Source of the DNA: Marsupella aquatica | Taxonomy: Eukaryota > Plantae > Marchantiophyta | Assembly (NCBI GenBank): GCA_973895155.1 | Contig: OZ316894.1 | Location: 17,700,563-17,764,562, forward strand | DNA: 64,000 bases | Direction: 5' to 3' | Shown: piece by piece, positions 45,601 through 60,911 of the stretch | Layout of the letters: each line of letters opens with the position of its first letter | Numbering within the stretch: the first letter of the stretch is position 1 | Program-made: the position numbers and the translations under genes | The notes under the pieces: model-generated | The model's database searches: none | What the model saw: the letters and a program-made list of their open reading frames with translations, nothing else | What the model was told of the DNA's origin: nothing

Positions 45601-48600
45601 ATTTCGTAGTCACTGGATTAAATCTCGACTTTGAAGGAGAAGGACCTATTGTAGAAAGAGCTGAACTTGACTTGGGGGCTCTCATACTTAATGGTTCCAA
45701 CAAGTTTTCCTGCGGGTCATTCACTGATAAAGCCCCCGACACTGAACCCTGCCCGTCTCCTCGAATATTGTGTTTCCTTCCTGAGATTCTGGAAGACAAT
45801 ACTGGAGACAGTAACTTCGGATCTAAAGTGGATGTATTGCCCTGAGAAGAGCTCCTCCAAGACGGAATCCCCGATGCTTTCCCAACCTCCAATTTTTTAG
45901 TATTTTCCGTTCCACATTTTCCTATCCCCTTTGGCGTCTTCTCATAATGCACCGATTCCTCAATGGTAAAACTTCTTGCAAGTGCGCTTGCTGAGTCCTC
46001 GCCAGTCAATTCAGGATTGCTATCCACAGGGTTTTTGCTCATGAAGCTTTTCTCAGCATCTGCATTGACCTCACTTTCATCCTGAATTCTGTTCGATCCA
46101 CGTTGAGGCCTGTTCCTGAGCAGAATCTGCCAGAATGAAATAAACGTTTCAAAAACTTTCTGATACCTATGGTCTGACAAGTGTGTGCAGATCAGTTAAA
46201 CACAAAATTCACATCCAAATTCTGTGCCGTTCATGCAATGAAAGGACTGCAGAACTGTTTTACAAGCTCAACGAACAAAGGCATACAGTCAGCTTTGATT
46301 TTCTTCTCAAGACATATCTGCCATAAATGATAAGAATTACTTCAAGTATTTCCTCACTTGACTCTGCTTCCGGAAGATATGTATAAAGAAAAAACATCGA
46401 TCAGCATCTAACTACTTGTAGCACTAGGATACTATAATTTTTACAAGTTCACAAAAGCGAGTCAAGCAGACTACTTGATTTTTTTCTGAAGTAAATCTGT
46501 TCCACAACAGGAAAAGCATTAAAGAATTGACCTGTTGTGAACGGGGTCGGGATCTGATTGCACGACGAAGCTTGGAATTTATAAATTGAACCCTGAAGTG
46601 ATGCGCAGATACAATCTCAATGAGCAAAACATCTCCGATTTTTGCATCATGAGATTCAGCAAATTCAGGCCATCCACGGATTAGAGCCAGCCTTCGTCCA
46701 GATTGCTCCCAAGCTGCCCACTCAACTCTCCAAGTATCACCCTTAACATCTTCCAAAGTGGCCACTCCTTCCGTTCCCTTAATGAATTGCTTCATGAACA
46801 TAACTGGAAAAGACTGCAGGGCACCCAGAGATCCGTCAAAGTCCGCACTTGACAAAACAACTGTTGCCACATCTTTAAGCCTTGTACGTGCACAGGGAAT
46901 GGAGACCTCACAAAACCAATGGTAGTTTTCGTAACTCTCTAACTTATGGTCGTGCAGTACTAGTTCAAGACCGACAGTACAGTATTGCTCTCGCTTGCAG
47001 TAGAGGAAAGGAGGATCATTTTGCAGAGACTACTGGACGTCGTCCCGACGTTTACGAGAATTGTAGGTGCAGATTCTTGACAGTACGAAGACTCACCAGC
47101 TTGCCAGTGGGACCAAGACAACGCTTCTGGAGAGCCCTTGCAAACGATGGCACTTCTGTCGCCAAATCCCTTGTAAGGCATGTAACCATGTGCCTATTAG
47201 GGCTCAAAAGCCCCTCACCAACATAAGGTCGAAACATCACTTTTGAATCTTCCTCCGGCACGATAGTCTGCCGAACACAATCACAAGGTCAAGCATGATT
47301 ATGACTCAGCCTGCACATTACATAAATATTCCATTTCAAAACTAACAACTTGAAACAACGTTCGATCACCTTCACCGCGAAGGAAAGGGGAGCCACATGG
47401 ACCACTGCCAACTGCATTGCAGCTCATTATAAACGCTCATGGCACAGAAAGCAGATATAACATGACAACTACAGCAAGGCCAGGAATACAAACGTTACAC
47501 CCACAAATATTATTTCGTGTCCTGGAAGACACCAGTCCTCTCCATTCCAATCGACATGCCGCCTCAGCTTTGTCACGTTAATAGATACCTCTGAGCCATC
47601 ATCCAATAGGACCTAGAACACGGCACCACATCAGTGAGATGGTGTTTGCACGCAAGAAGCAACAACGAAAAACCTTCAAATGTTATCTAAGTTCGAAACA
47701 ACTGTCAATGAACTGAATGTTAACTAGCAAATATGCAAAAGAGGACAGTGAGATTCTGCCATACGCACCAAAAATTGCTTGGGCAAGACTTTCTTGATCC
47801 TGCCTGGCCACCAAGCATTCTCGATGTAAGTATCGACCATGTCATTCATGGATAATGCCTTGAAGGGCAACAAACTCCAGTCCCCATCGTGATTGGCAAG
47901 CTCAAGCTGTTTCGGAGGCCTCGGTCGAATAACTCCACACTGAGAGTGTGGTCCCTCTTCTGTGATGACAAGACCAGGCTCTTCACAGACCAACCAGTGG
48001 TCGGCTGCACAACAAAGTAGCAAGTCAGCTTCGGATGCAACCGCGTAACACATCAGAAAACAGCTAGAATTCCTACCTCTCAAACCAAGTCCAATGCGCA
48101 TGGTATTGATCTTACCAGCTTAATCATCAGGCTGTCAGAAACGATGACAAGGAAGTTCACTTGCATCCTCCCTTGCAGTTTCTACAACTATTACAGCTTA
48201 ATACAAAATCTGGCCGCCAACATAGCAACCAGATAGTACAGGTTGAGAACATACACAGTTCGATAAGGATGACAACTAATGCACGAAGAAATTGCCAGAG
48301 GATGTTTCGGAAGAGGCTAACACTACTCACGTGTATCCTTCACATTGTCATACGAGATGCAGTACCGGAGGAATCCATTCATTTCTTCCACCTTGACAAT
48401 CTGCAAAATCAGGAAATCCAAGGTTTCAAGGTACACCACCGGTGCACAGCAAGCTAAGCCTACAGTGTGCTTTCATAGGTTATGCGACTTGCAAACAATG
48501 GGCGTACAACTTTCGGTACGAAAATGATCTTGATCCACGAACAATGTTGTTTGATGTGAGACAAGACCAACCTCGGCTGCAACCCAGGCATGGCGATATC

Positions 48601-48691
48601 GATCCAAGCCACCCATGATTTCGACACAGTCGCCAGGCCCATAACCACCCCATTTTGTTGGACCGGTGTCATTATCCAATGCGTCTCCCAT
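39679..48691 (-). CDS. Multidomain nuclear protein: tandem Agenet + B3 + zf-C3Hc3H + multiple AP2, 8 coding exons, ~2391 aa
   Basis: Exons 48691-48572, 48400-48331, 48004-47769, 47612-47505, 47267-47097, 46813-46532, 46126-45408 and 45148-39679. All junctions are GT-AG with consistent phases (0,1,0,0,0,0,2), total 7176 nt. Agenet: [46 protein letters not shown]3: [40 protein letters not shown]2: [26 protein letters not shown]. Confidence 0.85.
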
Positions 48692-51348
48692 GGTGTCTCG
48701 ATGTCCTCAATCAATCTGTACTAGAAACTTCATGTGATTCAAACAGTTCCCATCTAACAACATCATGCTTTGCTGATGATGGAGCCGCATGAATGTCCTC
48801 TACACTCTGAAGCATTTGGACGGGTCCAGTCTCCACGTACTGCAGGAGAGAAATTTCAAAACATTTCAGAACAGTGTCAAAATAAAAGCACTCACTCAGC
48901 AGACCCCTTGACAAGACACCTACATGTGTATTGCACAGCCTTTCTCATCAACCCATTACAAAATGTCGATGCAATTTAAGACACACAGAAGCCCAATTTG
49001 TCCAATCGTTTGCGCTGATCATGAACCCTTATACCTCTCCTTAAATCCATATGAGATGAATAATAAGAGTAGTTGAAGAAGTAAGACCCGAGTAGCATCC
49101 CAAGAGATCTCATATGCGCCCACGACCTATCTATTTATGTAGCAGCCATGAGAGCCTCTGGATCTCGTCAATGAACTGAATATTACTTATTTGTAGTAAG
49201 TAATGTGACTTCCTCGCTGCGAGTTGAAATTACCTACAAACCCTTAGAAACAGTTGAAACCATAATCCTATGCGAACCAGAGCCAGACTTCTAATTCTGC
49301 TCATGACTAATTTCTGGAAATAAATTTTCTACACATGCACAATCTGTAGCAATTGTCGACATCGTAGGTCTTTAAAATACCTCGACACCGTACTCCAGGA
49401 ATCATCCCCGCATTGTTGTCAAAGGCAACTCATAGATGTGTGTTCCTTTTCGAAGTTGCAAAACACGTAGCTTAGCAACCACTAAACGGACTATGCAAAC
49501 TCACATTGCACAGCATGACCAGGAAGAATCACATTGCGCTGCCTATCACTTCAATTCGACTCTGAAGAGATCAACGACGATAGAGGATAGTCCAGGAGAT
49601 CGGGACTCCGGCATGCAAGGTGTTGGAATCCAACAACCGACACTTTTTCGGCTCGGTGGGTTGATGCTTCTCCGGTTCGGCTGGATGTAACGATCATAAG
49701 GAATATATAACAACGTCCGAAATCATTGGGGTTGATCCGACCACACAAAGCAGTGACAGTAATACTGGACAGGAAATTCATCAGACGAACAGCGGAAGGA
49801 CTCAACATTGATCTGTTTTTAGAACAGGGGTTTAAAACAGTCAGACGATGAAATTGACACGTCAATGAAAGGAAAACGGAATGAATGAATGAATTGCTTT
49901 CAAATACCAGGCCAAGGTAGAGAATGAAGCCTTCTGCTGGGCTGACCTGGGTGCTGGCTGACATGACTGCAAGCGTGCATGATAGAGACATCATACAGAC
50001 TTCACGCTCCGGCGACGTGTAATTACGGAGTCGAAATATTGCGTTCAGAGACGGACGAGAGAAAGAAGGAACTACAGTAAGACTCTGTCCGACCCACGCG
50101 TCATGTGGAGGGAATCATAAAAACAGGTTTTCTTGACATTCAGGTTATGGATGGCTTTCGCCGATGGGACGACCAGCAGAGAGAACGAGAAAGAACGAAC
50201 AATGACGCGGAGAGATTCAACAGTCCGGACTCGACGAAGTCCGCAGACGCGATGAATGACTCGTGGAGGGAGGTGAACCGTAATAGACATGTAGTACGTT
50301 CGTTGATTCCAGGATTTAGCACACACAAAGATGATGCAAAGATTCTCCAGGATGCTGAAAGAAGACCCGCCCGCGCGAACCTGTAACCGGCAGGCCGGAG
50401 AGTCGAGGGTTCCGAGAGCAATGTACATACCACTATGCCCCACCATGGCACACACGTGAAGAACGACGGAGAACAGGACTTCGAGCTTCAATGAGTGAAC
50501 GACGTGATCAGCGGCAAGGAGGGAGGCCAGAGCACTCGCAATTGCCTGATTGACGAACAGATAGAGTGAACACGAGACCCCAACAGAAGGGTCCGGCCGT
50601 GACGACGAACGATCCAACTAACCACAAAGGCACCCGTTGTCCCCCCCCTCCCTCTTCGTTCGTTCGTTCACGCGCAAGGTCAGGCCTCACGTAACCAACT
50701 CGATACAACACAACAGCCATCGCAATGTCTTTCTTACCGTCAGACACCACCGGCCCTGCTTCGCTCGCAAGCTTCGATTGATACAAAATCGATTGATACA
50801 AAATTTACATACAGAGCAATAAAGACTGGTGAAAATGCTGCGTCTGCAGAGGCTCCGCTGCCGATGCAGTGCATGAAAGACTCTCTCCTCGCCGTGGATC
50901 CAGCAGCTAAAGGCTAGCAGCCAGCAGCACCCCTCCGTCGCGGGACGGATGGACGGACGTACCCGAACAACAACAATGTCCACAGCACGCTCGCCAGACG
51001 ATGGAAAATTATCGACCTCCGACTGGATTCGACACATACCGTGTTATGCACTCGGTCTTGGACAGGTTGTTGTTGCCGTTGTTGCTGCTGTCTCGTCCCG
51101 GAGACGAGGAAGAAGAAGAAGACCACCGCGACGACGCAGGCGCCGCGAGCAGCAGCAGATTGGCCTTGACAGCCAGTACAGAGCAAGTGAAGGAGAAAGA
51201 AGAGAGTCCCGTCGGAACAGCTCCAGCAGCGGCAGCAGAAGCCGACGACGCCCGACGCAGCGGTGGGTCTCGGGGGGCCAGCGAAAATAAACGCTGCATA
51301 TTCCTCCCTCCCTCAGAGCAGCAGCACCAGCAGCAAGCAAGCAGAGCC

Positions 51349-51370
51349 GCAGCAGCAGCAGCAGCAGCAG
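51349..51370. repeat. (CAG)n microsatellite in the GC-rich putative 5' leader/promoter of the AP2/B3/Agenet gene
   Basis: Run of gca/cag triplets within a low-complexity region at 51000-51800. Confidence 0.6.
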
Positions 51371-53392
51371 CGCATCGGCACTTCCTGCATCGGGGCGGAC
51401 TGCATAGGTCCGGCGGTGCGGTCGATCCCCAGGCGCGACGAGGGACACGATATATCTATCTATCCAGCAGCACACACAACACGTATGCTGCTGCCGAATG
51501 GAATGGTGCGGCGGGTTACGTTCCGAAACAGAACCGCGATGGACACCACGACGACGACGACGATTGTTGGACACACTGAAGGACTTCTTCCTACTCTGCA
51601 ACTGCTGTTGTTGGCGCAGCCCCGAAAATCCACAATCAATCAGCCCGAATCAGCCAGACCCCGAATCAGCCAGACCCGAATCAACCATCAATCAATCACC
51701 AAACACTGCTTCAATCAGCCCCGCAGCCACGCCAGGCGAGAGCAAATACCGTGGGACGAGTGGAGTGGAGGGGCGACTCACTCTCTCTTCACTCGGGATT
51801 GATAATTCGCACTGCACCACACCACTGCTCCTACTCCACCGATAGTATCGACGGGCGCTGCAAAATTAGCGCGATTAGCGAGATTAGCGCTTCTGATCCT
51901 TAATTAGCTTGTCCCACAGTCCCCCCGCTCTAACTACGGTGCCCTCCTACCGTAACCGCGCAGCTCCTCCTCAGGTCGGCCGTAACTGCAACACAGCAAG
52001 AAGGAAAACAGACTGCGTTGTTGCTTACCATAGTACCTGTACCACGTTCCTCGTTGCTGACAGAAGAATTGGGTATAGGACTGACGCAGTCGTACCTTAC
52101 TACAGGTCGTTCGTTGCATGGTTTCTGTACTGGACTGTACTCCGAGGGACGGAGGGAGGGACGGAGGGACGGAGAAATGGATGGACGGACGAAGTGGCCG
52201 GCTGCTGCTTCAACGGAGGCCGTTATGGTAGTTTGACTGGGGGTGAGTCGTGTGTGTGGTGGGCTGCTACTATAGTGAATACCGTAAACTATCCAAAAGG
52301 CAGGGCCAACCTGAGTTGGAGGCTGGCGGACCATTCAATATCAAATCCAGTGCACTGCAACTGCAACAGTACATAGTTCTGGACTCAATTATTGTAGGGT
52401 TCATATACATTCTTGGTATGAGATAGAGCATGTACAGCATGTTCATCCCAATACCTTCCTATTTTAACTTATCCAGAAAGAACATAAAAACTGTGTTATT
52501 ATATCATATTAAAATTTATGAAAAGAATAATTTGATGTAAAGTAATGTAATGAAAATTTGATTTAAAGTGATGACAATAGAGAATTGAGGCAGAGCAGCA
52601 ACTTGAACTATGTGCAAAGCAAGGACGGGTGGGCCAGGTATATGGATTATGAAAGTCTACATATAATTTCACAAACAAGACAACCGTTGGTGGATGCATT
52701 GGTCTGGGAGTTAGAGGTCCAAGGCTTGAGCCTTACACTCAGCAGGTACCTTTCAATGAAGGAGCAAGGGCCTGAATAAGGGCAAGATTGGAAAGTAAAG
52801 TTTTTTAGATATGGTGGCTGGCACAGAAAGAAATAAAAACCACATATAGGGGATTAGGTTATTTCAAAATGACAAAATAACAAGGAAGAAAGCCCTCATA
52901 GACTCTAATCAAAATCAAAGTATATGAGCTCAGGAGATTGAAACAGAGTGCAGTAACATCAAAAAGAATTGTAGGGTTCAAAGGCATTCTTAGTCAGAGA
53001 CTGATGGTTCAGGGATGGGATCTCAGTCTAAACCCTTAGAGCTCGGATAGTTTGTAAAATTGTTATATGTGTGAAAGTGAAGCAATCCTACTTCAATGCA
53101 TGATATCCTGCTTACATACAGTATTGCATGCTGAAACGGGCATCTGCAATACCTTTTTCTGTGTATATTCTTGTAAGCTCCTTCGGCTATGGCCGCCATG
53201 GTATGCGTTCTTGGTCACCTTGAGTCTTTTGCTGCAGTAAAGCTTCAAAATGACTTGGCCTGGAGTCTTTCTTGATTACTTTGTGCAAGAAAATTGCGGG
53301 AGAAATCACTGGACTCCTTGTGAAGGAGAGGAAGTACATGTTTAGTGTTCAGAAGGTAATCATCAAAGGATTGCATTTTGCCTAGCAGATTT

Positions 53393-53512
53393 TATTTTAT
53401 TATTTATTTGGGAAATTTGTGAAAACCCCACAGAAAGGGAAGAAATTACAACATTTGAACACAAGACTTATCAATATCAAGTGAGCTACCACACACCCAT
53501 GCCTCTCTGGGC
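53393..53512 (-). mobile_element. Short SINE-like element, copy 2, with target-site duplication
   Basis: Flanked by direct repeats (gc)ctagcagattt at 53380-53392 and 53511-53523. It has an A-rich tail on the minus strand (aaataaataataaaataa) and is homologous to 18206-18323. Confidence 0.8.
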
Positions 53513-56500
53513 CTAGCAGATTTAAGAAGCTCTCAGCTCAACTCAAACCTGCCTTTGTCACAATGGCATGGGCCAGAAAAGAGAACCACTTGAATGATTA
53601 GCATTCACATGTGCAATTGTGGACATTGGCTTTGGGGTGATGGAGCTCAATTGAGTGAGAACCGATGAGCTATTGATTCTCTCAATACATCACTTGTCTC
53701 CTTGTAGAGTGGCTTTCACTATTGATTGTGCCTTGTCGTGTAGGGTGCGAGACAATTTCCTAGTTGTTGTGACATATAGCATTGTGGCATAAACATGTTG
53801 TAAACATGCAACCAAAAAGGTAACCAAACCATCAAGTCCACAATATTCAGAATGATTTAAGGAAAATGCCAGAAATGTAGTTGGGCAGTTTATGGGAGAT
53901 ACATGAGAAGATCTTTCAAGTCCCACCAGTGCCCACACGTCCACCCTTGAGGTGTGTATGCCATCAGGAGTTGAAAGCTTCACTGCAAGGCTGACCGACA
54001 GATGTTCTGTCATGGATTCACTGAATGGTTCTCCACCGATTCCTTCACTGACCGGTCATTATTAGTGCACTACTCTTTCTGCAGTGTTTTTACTTCTTGG
54101 TTGGCTGCCTTTGTGCTTGCTCCTCTTTTGGTGCCGGCCTCCCCAGATTTGGGGGCACATTAAGCTTTAGTCCCCCTGGGTGTTTGCCCCTGTGTGTCCT
54201 CTGTTGTATGCTAGCTTTATGAATGATATTCATTGGTTTATTTTGAGGCAAAAAATAAATTCATCTGCATACTGATGGTATAAACATCTGCATATTTATA
54301 CATAAGGCCAGATAGAAACAACTACACTGAAATTGGAATGATTGGCCCAAGAGCATCTTTGTCTAACTCCATGTACGGGATGGCACGGTATGTCTCCGAA
54401 TGCCTTGACAACTATCCAAGAAGAACTGATTTGAGACTGAGCCAATCTGTATCTTGATGACTGAGATGAAGTTAATGAGTGTGGCAAAAGCTTCTATGAA
54501 TGTCAGTCATCTTGGACAATTCCAAATGAAACCATTCTTGTCTATGAGGAATCTATAAGTTTTATGAGTATGGAAGGGATTTTATATTTATATGTAGGGG
54601 ATAAATAAGGACCTGAACAAGGAAGAAACTTAGTTGGGTGTAGTATTAGAAAGGTAGTGACTAAAGCAAGTAAGCTCCCTCTTGAATTGGAACAAGGGGA
54701 ATGCTTTGACATTGAGAATGCCCTATCCGAGATACTATATATTGAATCCTGAAATTTTGCGCATCAATGGTATTAATCAAACTGAAATCCTCCTCATGGA
54801 TTGATTCATGCAAATAAAATTTGGGGGGGGGGGGGGGTTGTATTTTTAGACTATTACGTGAGATCCTGACCTAATTTAAATATCTCAATTTTGTCCAAAA
54901 GAAAATTAACTCTTATAATATTTGAAATTTGAAATTACCTATTTTGTTTTATAAAGGTTTACAATCATGGAAATTATCAATTGTCATGTTGTAAGCTGCA
55001 CCTTACTTTTCAGAATTTTGGTTCAAAGAGTATACAAATATCTAGTTTTGATTGCAGAGTGCACCTTTAAAGTGAAAGAAGAAGAATTATGGGCACAGTA
55101 CTTTCAGGGTGAATTAGAATTACACTAACCTGAATACACCCTCTCTAAGTTTGCCCTCTATTTTGAGAGGCTCTTTCTCAAGGTGACATCTATTGAAAAC
55201 CATAAGCATTGGAAATCCTTTAAAATGGACATATTAACTACATGGATTTATTGGGCTTTAGTTGCTAGTTTAGCAAAGAGAGGCAGTCCTTCTCATGCCA
55301 ACACAAACACCTCCCTTAATTGACTAAATGGAATATTGATTAAAAGTAATAAGATATGTCTCATAAAATCAAAAAATGAAGGCAAGAATTAGCATACCTG
55401 TAAACAGTAAGGAATTAAAAAAATTAGGTGTTAGAAAAATTTGACAAATCTACAACTATAATAAGGGATCCCCTTTTTTGTCCTCCTTGGTCCCAAAAAG
55501 CTCTTGGGTGAGAAAGATCCACAGCCATTAGATTTGATTAGCTGTTTTCCCTGACCATTGATAGAGAAAATGTGCAGCCCTAGCACATATGTGCTTCCGG
55601 CTGCCCCATAAATGCCCCGGCCCGACTCCCTATGGGCCGGCCCTCCTTGCACAGTGCAACTTACTCGCATAGGGCTCATACAAAATAATACTAGACATGC
55701 ACAGCCTAGACCAGATTGACTTCCACTCAAGATTAATAGTCTGATTAAGGACAAAATATACAGCCCGTTGAGTTGACATAAAATACCTACCAAGTAATTC
55801 AAATAAAACAAAATAACAAAATAGGATTAAGGGGTCCCACCATTTTAGCACTCAATTACTGCCATCACATTGATGCAATTTATACACTCTGATACTAAAC
55901 TCATTTGTCCCCATGCTAAATTGCATATCTTGTTCTGGTTGATTAGGCATGGTTGTATCATGTATTTCTCACCTCACGCACAGGCCGTGTGGCTGATGTG
56001 TCGGAATAAGTGCCTCACGTCGGGTGCGAGAAGAAAACAAAAGAAAACTTTTATGGGAGAAACCTATCAACGATCATCATCAGCTTTCCTTCCAAACCGG
56101 AAGGTGATGTCCAGCAGTACCCAGCACAATCTCCCAACATACTCATGATCGTTGGCTCACGTTAGTGATGCACTGAGACACGGCACGAGTGAAGTGCTCA
56201 TCATTACAGTGCCACACCATCAGTCAGTATAGCCCCAACAGTCCAACACTGCTGTATCCAATGAACGCAGATACCCAGATATATATAATGAAGGCAATTG
56301 CCAAGGAGCGGCAAGTGTTAGCAACCCAGTCACCCAGATGTGTAATGAAGGCAACTGCCCAGGAGTGGCAAGTATTAGCACACAAGCAGATTAAGACAAC
56401 GGTAATCAGTATCTCAGTTTCGCTGTCTTTCAAACTCACCTCCACGGTTGAGGACAGGAACGGGAAGGAAAGCTGAAACCATCACAGGATCACGTGTGTG

Positions 56501-56857
56501 ATGGTTCAGCGTTTCACGTGATTTGTGAGCAAGAACAACTAGCGACGCGGCTCGTCAAAGTCCGGAGTGGCTTCAAAAGTCTCAAGTGTTGCAAAATTGA
56601 CGTGAGACGCAATTTTTCTTCGCAGAGGTAGTGGCAGCTGTATGTAATTAAAGTCATTCAGTAGCCACCCTTTTTCATTGATACAGGCCGGTAAATTCTA
56701 ACAGAGTGGCATTTCTAACAGGAGCAGAAAGTTTGACGCTGACACTAGCTTGCCAAGTCTGAAGGAAACTGCATGCAAATGACACTTTCAAGAGTGGGAG
56801 CCTCGAAATCAATAACTAGTACAGGAGCTTTTTCCTCTACTGAAGGTCACTTCCTGC

Positions 56858-57045
56858 CACGTCCATAGGCTAAAACTTCAGCATTTCATCTGAATTCCAC
56901 GATGCAGATCCTCGAATTGCATTAATTAGTAGAGCAGGTTCTTGTTTTAGGCACGTCCATAGGCTAAAATTTCAGCATTTCATCTGAATTCCACGATGCA
57001 GATCCTCGAATTGCATTAATTAGTAAAGCAGTTTCTTGTTTTAGG
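56858..57045. repeat. Tandem duplication, 2 x 94 bp
   Basis: cacgtccataggctaaaa.ttcagcatttcatctgaattccacgatgcagatcctcgaattgcattaattagta.agcag.ttcttgttttagg occurs twice. Confidence 0.9.
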
Positions 57046-58588
57046 CAAAGGTCAACTTATAGACTGAAGAAGTTATTTCAAAATGACATTGTGAGGTGCG
57101 GACTATGACAGGAGATTCTTGTTCCATAGTAGGGTCAGCCTAGGAGCTGCATTTAAGTTCTCTGAAAATTCATGAAAATATGGAATATTCTACAGAAATG
57201 ACGCGAACATACACATGCTCAAATCATGTAACCAGCATAGAGCCCAATTCAGAGAACTTTCCGACAGTGATTCAAAAAAGTCCTGTACACGGCATGTCAA
57301 TTTCAATTTCAAATCGAGGCCACAACAGCTGCCCGAATGGTTCGCCATATCTCACAAATTCCACACCATGCTACCCCCTGTCACGAACTGACCCGGATAA
57401 GTTGCACCAGGGTACATCTGAGACAATCCCAACCCGACGGCACCTCTCAAGAGGTCCCACATGCTATGCCATTCCCATCCCAAATTCCTCTCTCAAACAG
57501 AAGGCAGGCAGTCATTTGTCAAGTCTTACTCAGTTCGTTTGTATGGTTCTCAGCACTAACATCTCTTCTTTGACCCTGATAGAAGTGGCAGCCCAGTGAC
57601 AAACAAGTGATGCCTTGCACCAGCCACCCATACTAAATACAAGTGATTTCCCGTACGCTGATTCATTCATTTCTGGACCCTCCGCTGATGCGCACTTGCT
57701 GGTAATAACAAATAAACCAAGACTGTTTGGGCAATAGGGCAAGCGGATTTGGGCGAGCCAACACTGAGGCACGGCTCCCCATGACAAAACAACTCTCCTT
57801 CATAGATAAACACAATAATCGAACGTACTTGTGTAAGGACAAATAAATCAAAACAGACCCACCGATTGAAATGCAACTCTTTGGCCAAAACCAACCCCAT
57901 GGGGGGAGTCCTGGATTCATAATAAGCTATGAACACAGAAATGGTGACGGTAATCCAGGCGTACATTTCAAAATAGTGCTTCAAGCAAACCTTGAAGTGT
58001 CTACCACAACACCCATTTTATCAAAATCCCAGTAGTCCCTCCTATACGTAAGGGAAAGAACACATAAAGACAAAAAGGAAATTTGCCAGATTCTACCGTG
58101 AAAAGCGGCAGTACCAGCAAAAGCTTGAGAGCTGCATTGGCAGAAAAGATAAGCCCCAAGTATGGATCCCCCAGCTGTTCCATTTCCCTTCACTTAAGAA
58201 ATGTGCCCGCATTAACCATTGCCAAAGCATATGACTGGAACCAACGAATGCACCAGATGGCCTTAACAAACATAGACCTGTCTACCTTAACCACCAGTAT
58301 CACAGATAGCTGTCAACAATTCCCAAGCAAGAGAAGGTCACCGTGAGACTTCCCACCGAACCAGGGGGGAATATTAAAATATTGCATTTAGACGTGTCAC
58401 TGGCCGGAACGAAAGGGCAAGCCAGACTGCCTGCAGCATACAATGTTTCAAATCTTCATGACAGCCAAGCTCGGGGTGACATTCCAACCACCTCCGCTTT
58501 TCACGATCCCACCCATCTTCCCAAATCGAAGACCTAATGCGTAGTACATATCCTAAAGCCTTTTCGGGGCACGGGCGTATACCCCCCC

Positions 58589-60911
<2,323 letters not shown>

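Noticed and set aside
39679-48691. Calling the large gene a RAV transcription factor
   Set aside because: The domain order is reversed, the protein is far larger, it has extra Agenet and zinc-finger domains, and I see no RLFGV repressor motif.
50072-52376. Many overlapping 100-190 aa ORFs
   Set aside because: GC-rich, microsatellite-laden leader/promoter sequence is open in several frames at once, with no family motifs.
56472-56510. Short hairpin gctgaaaccatcaca / tgtgatggttcagc as a miRNA precursor
   Set aside because: The stem is only ~14 bp, too short to hold a miRNA/miRNA* duplex.
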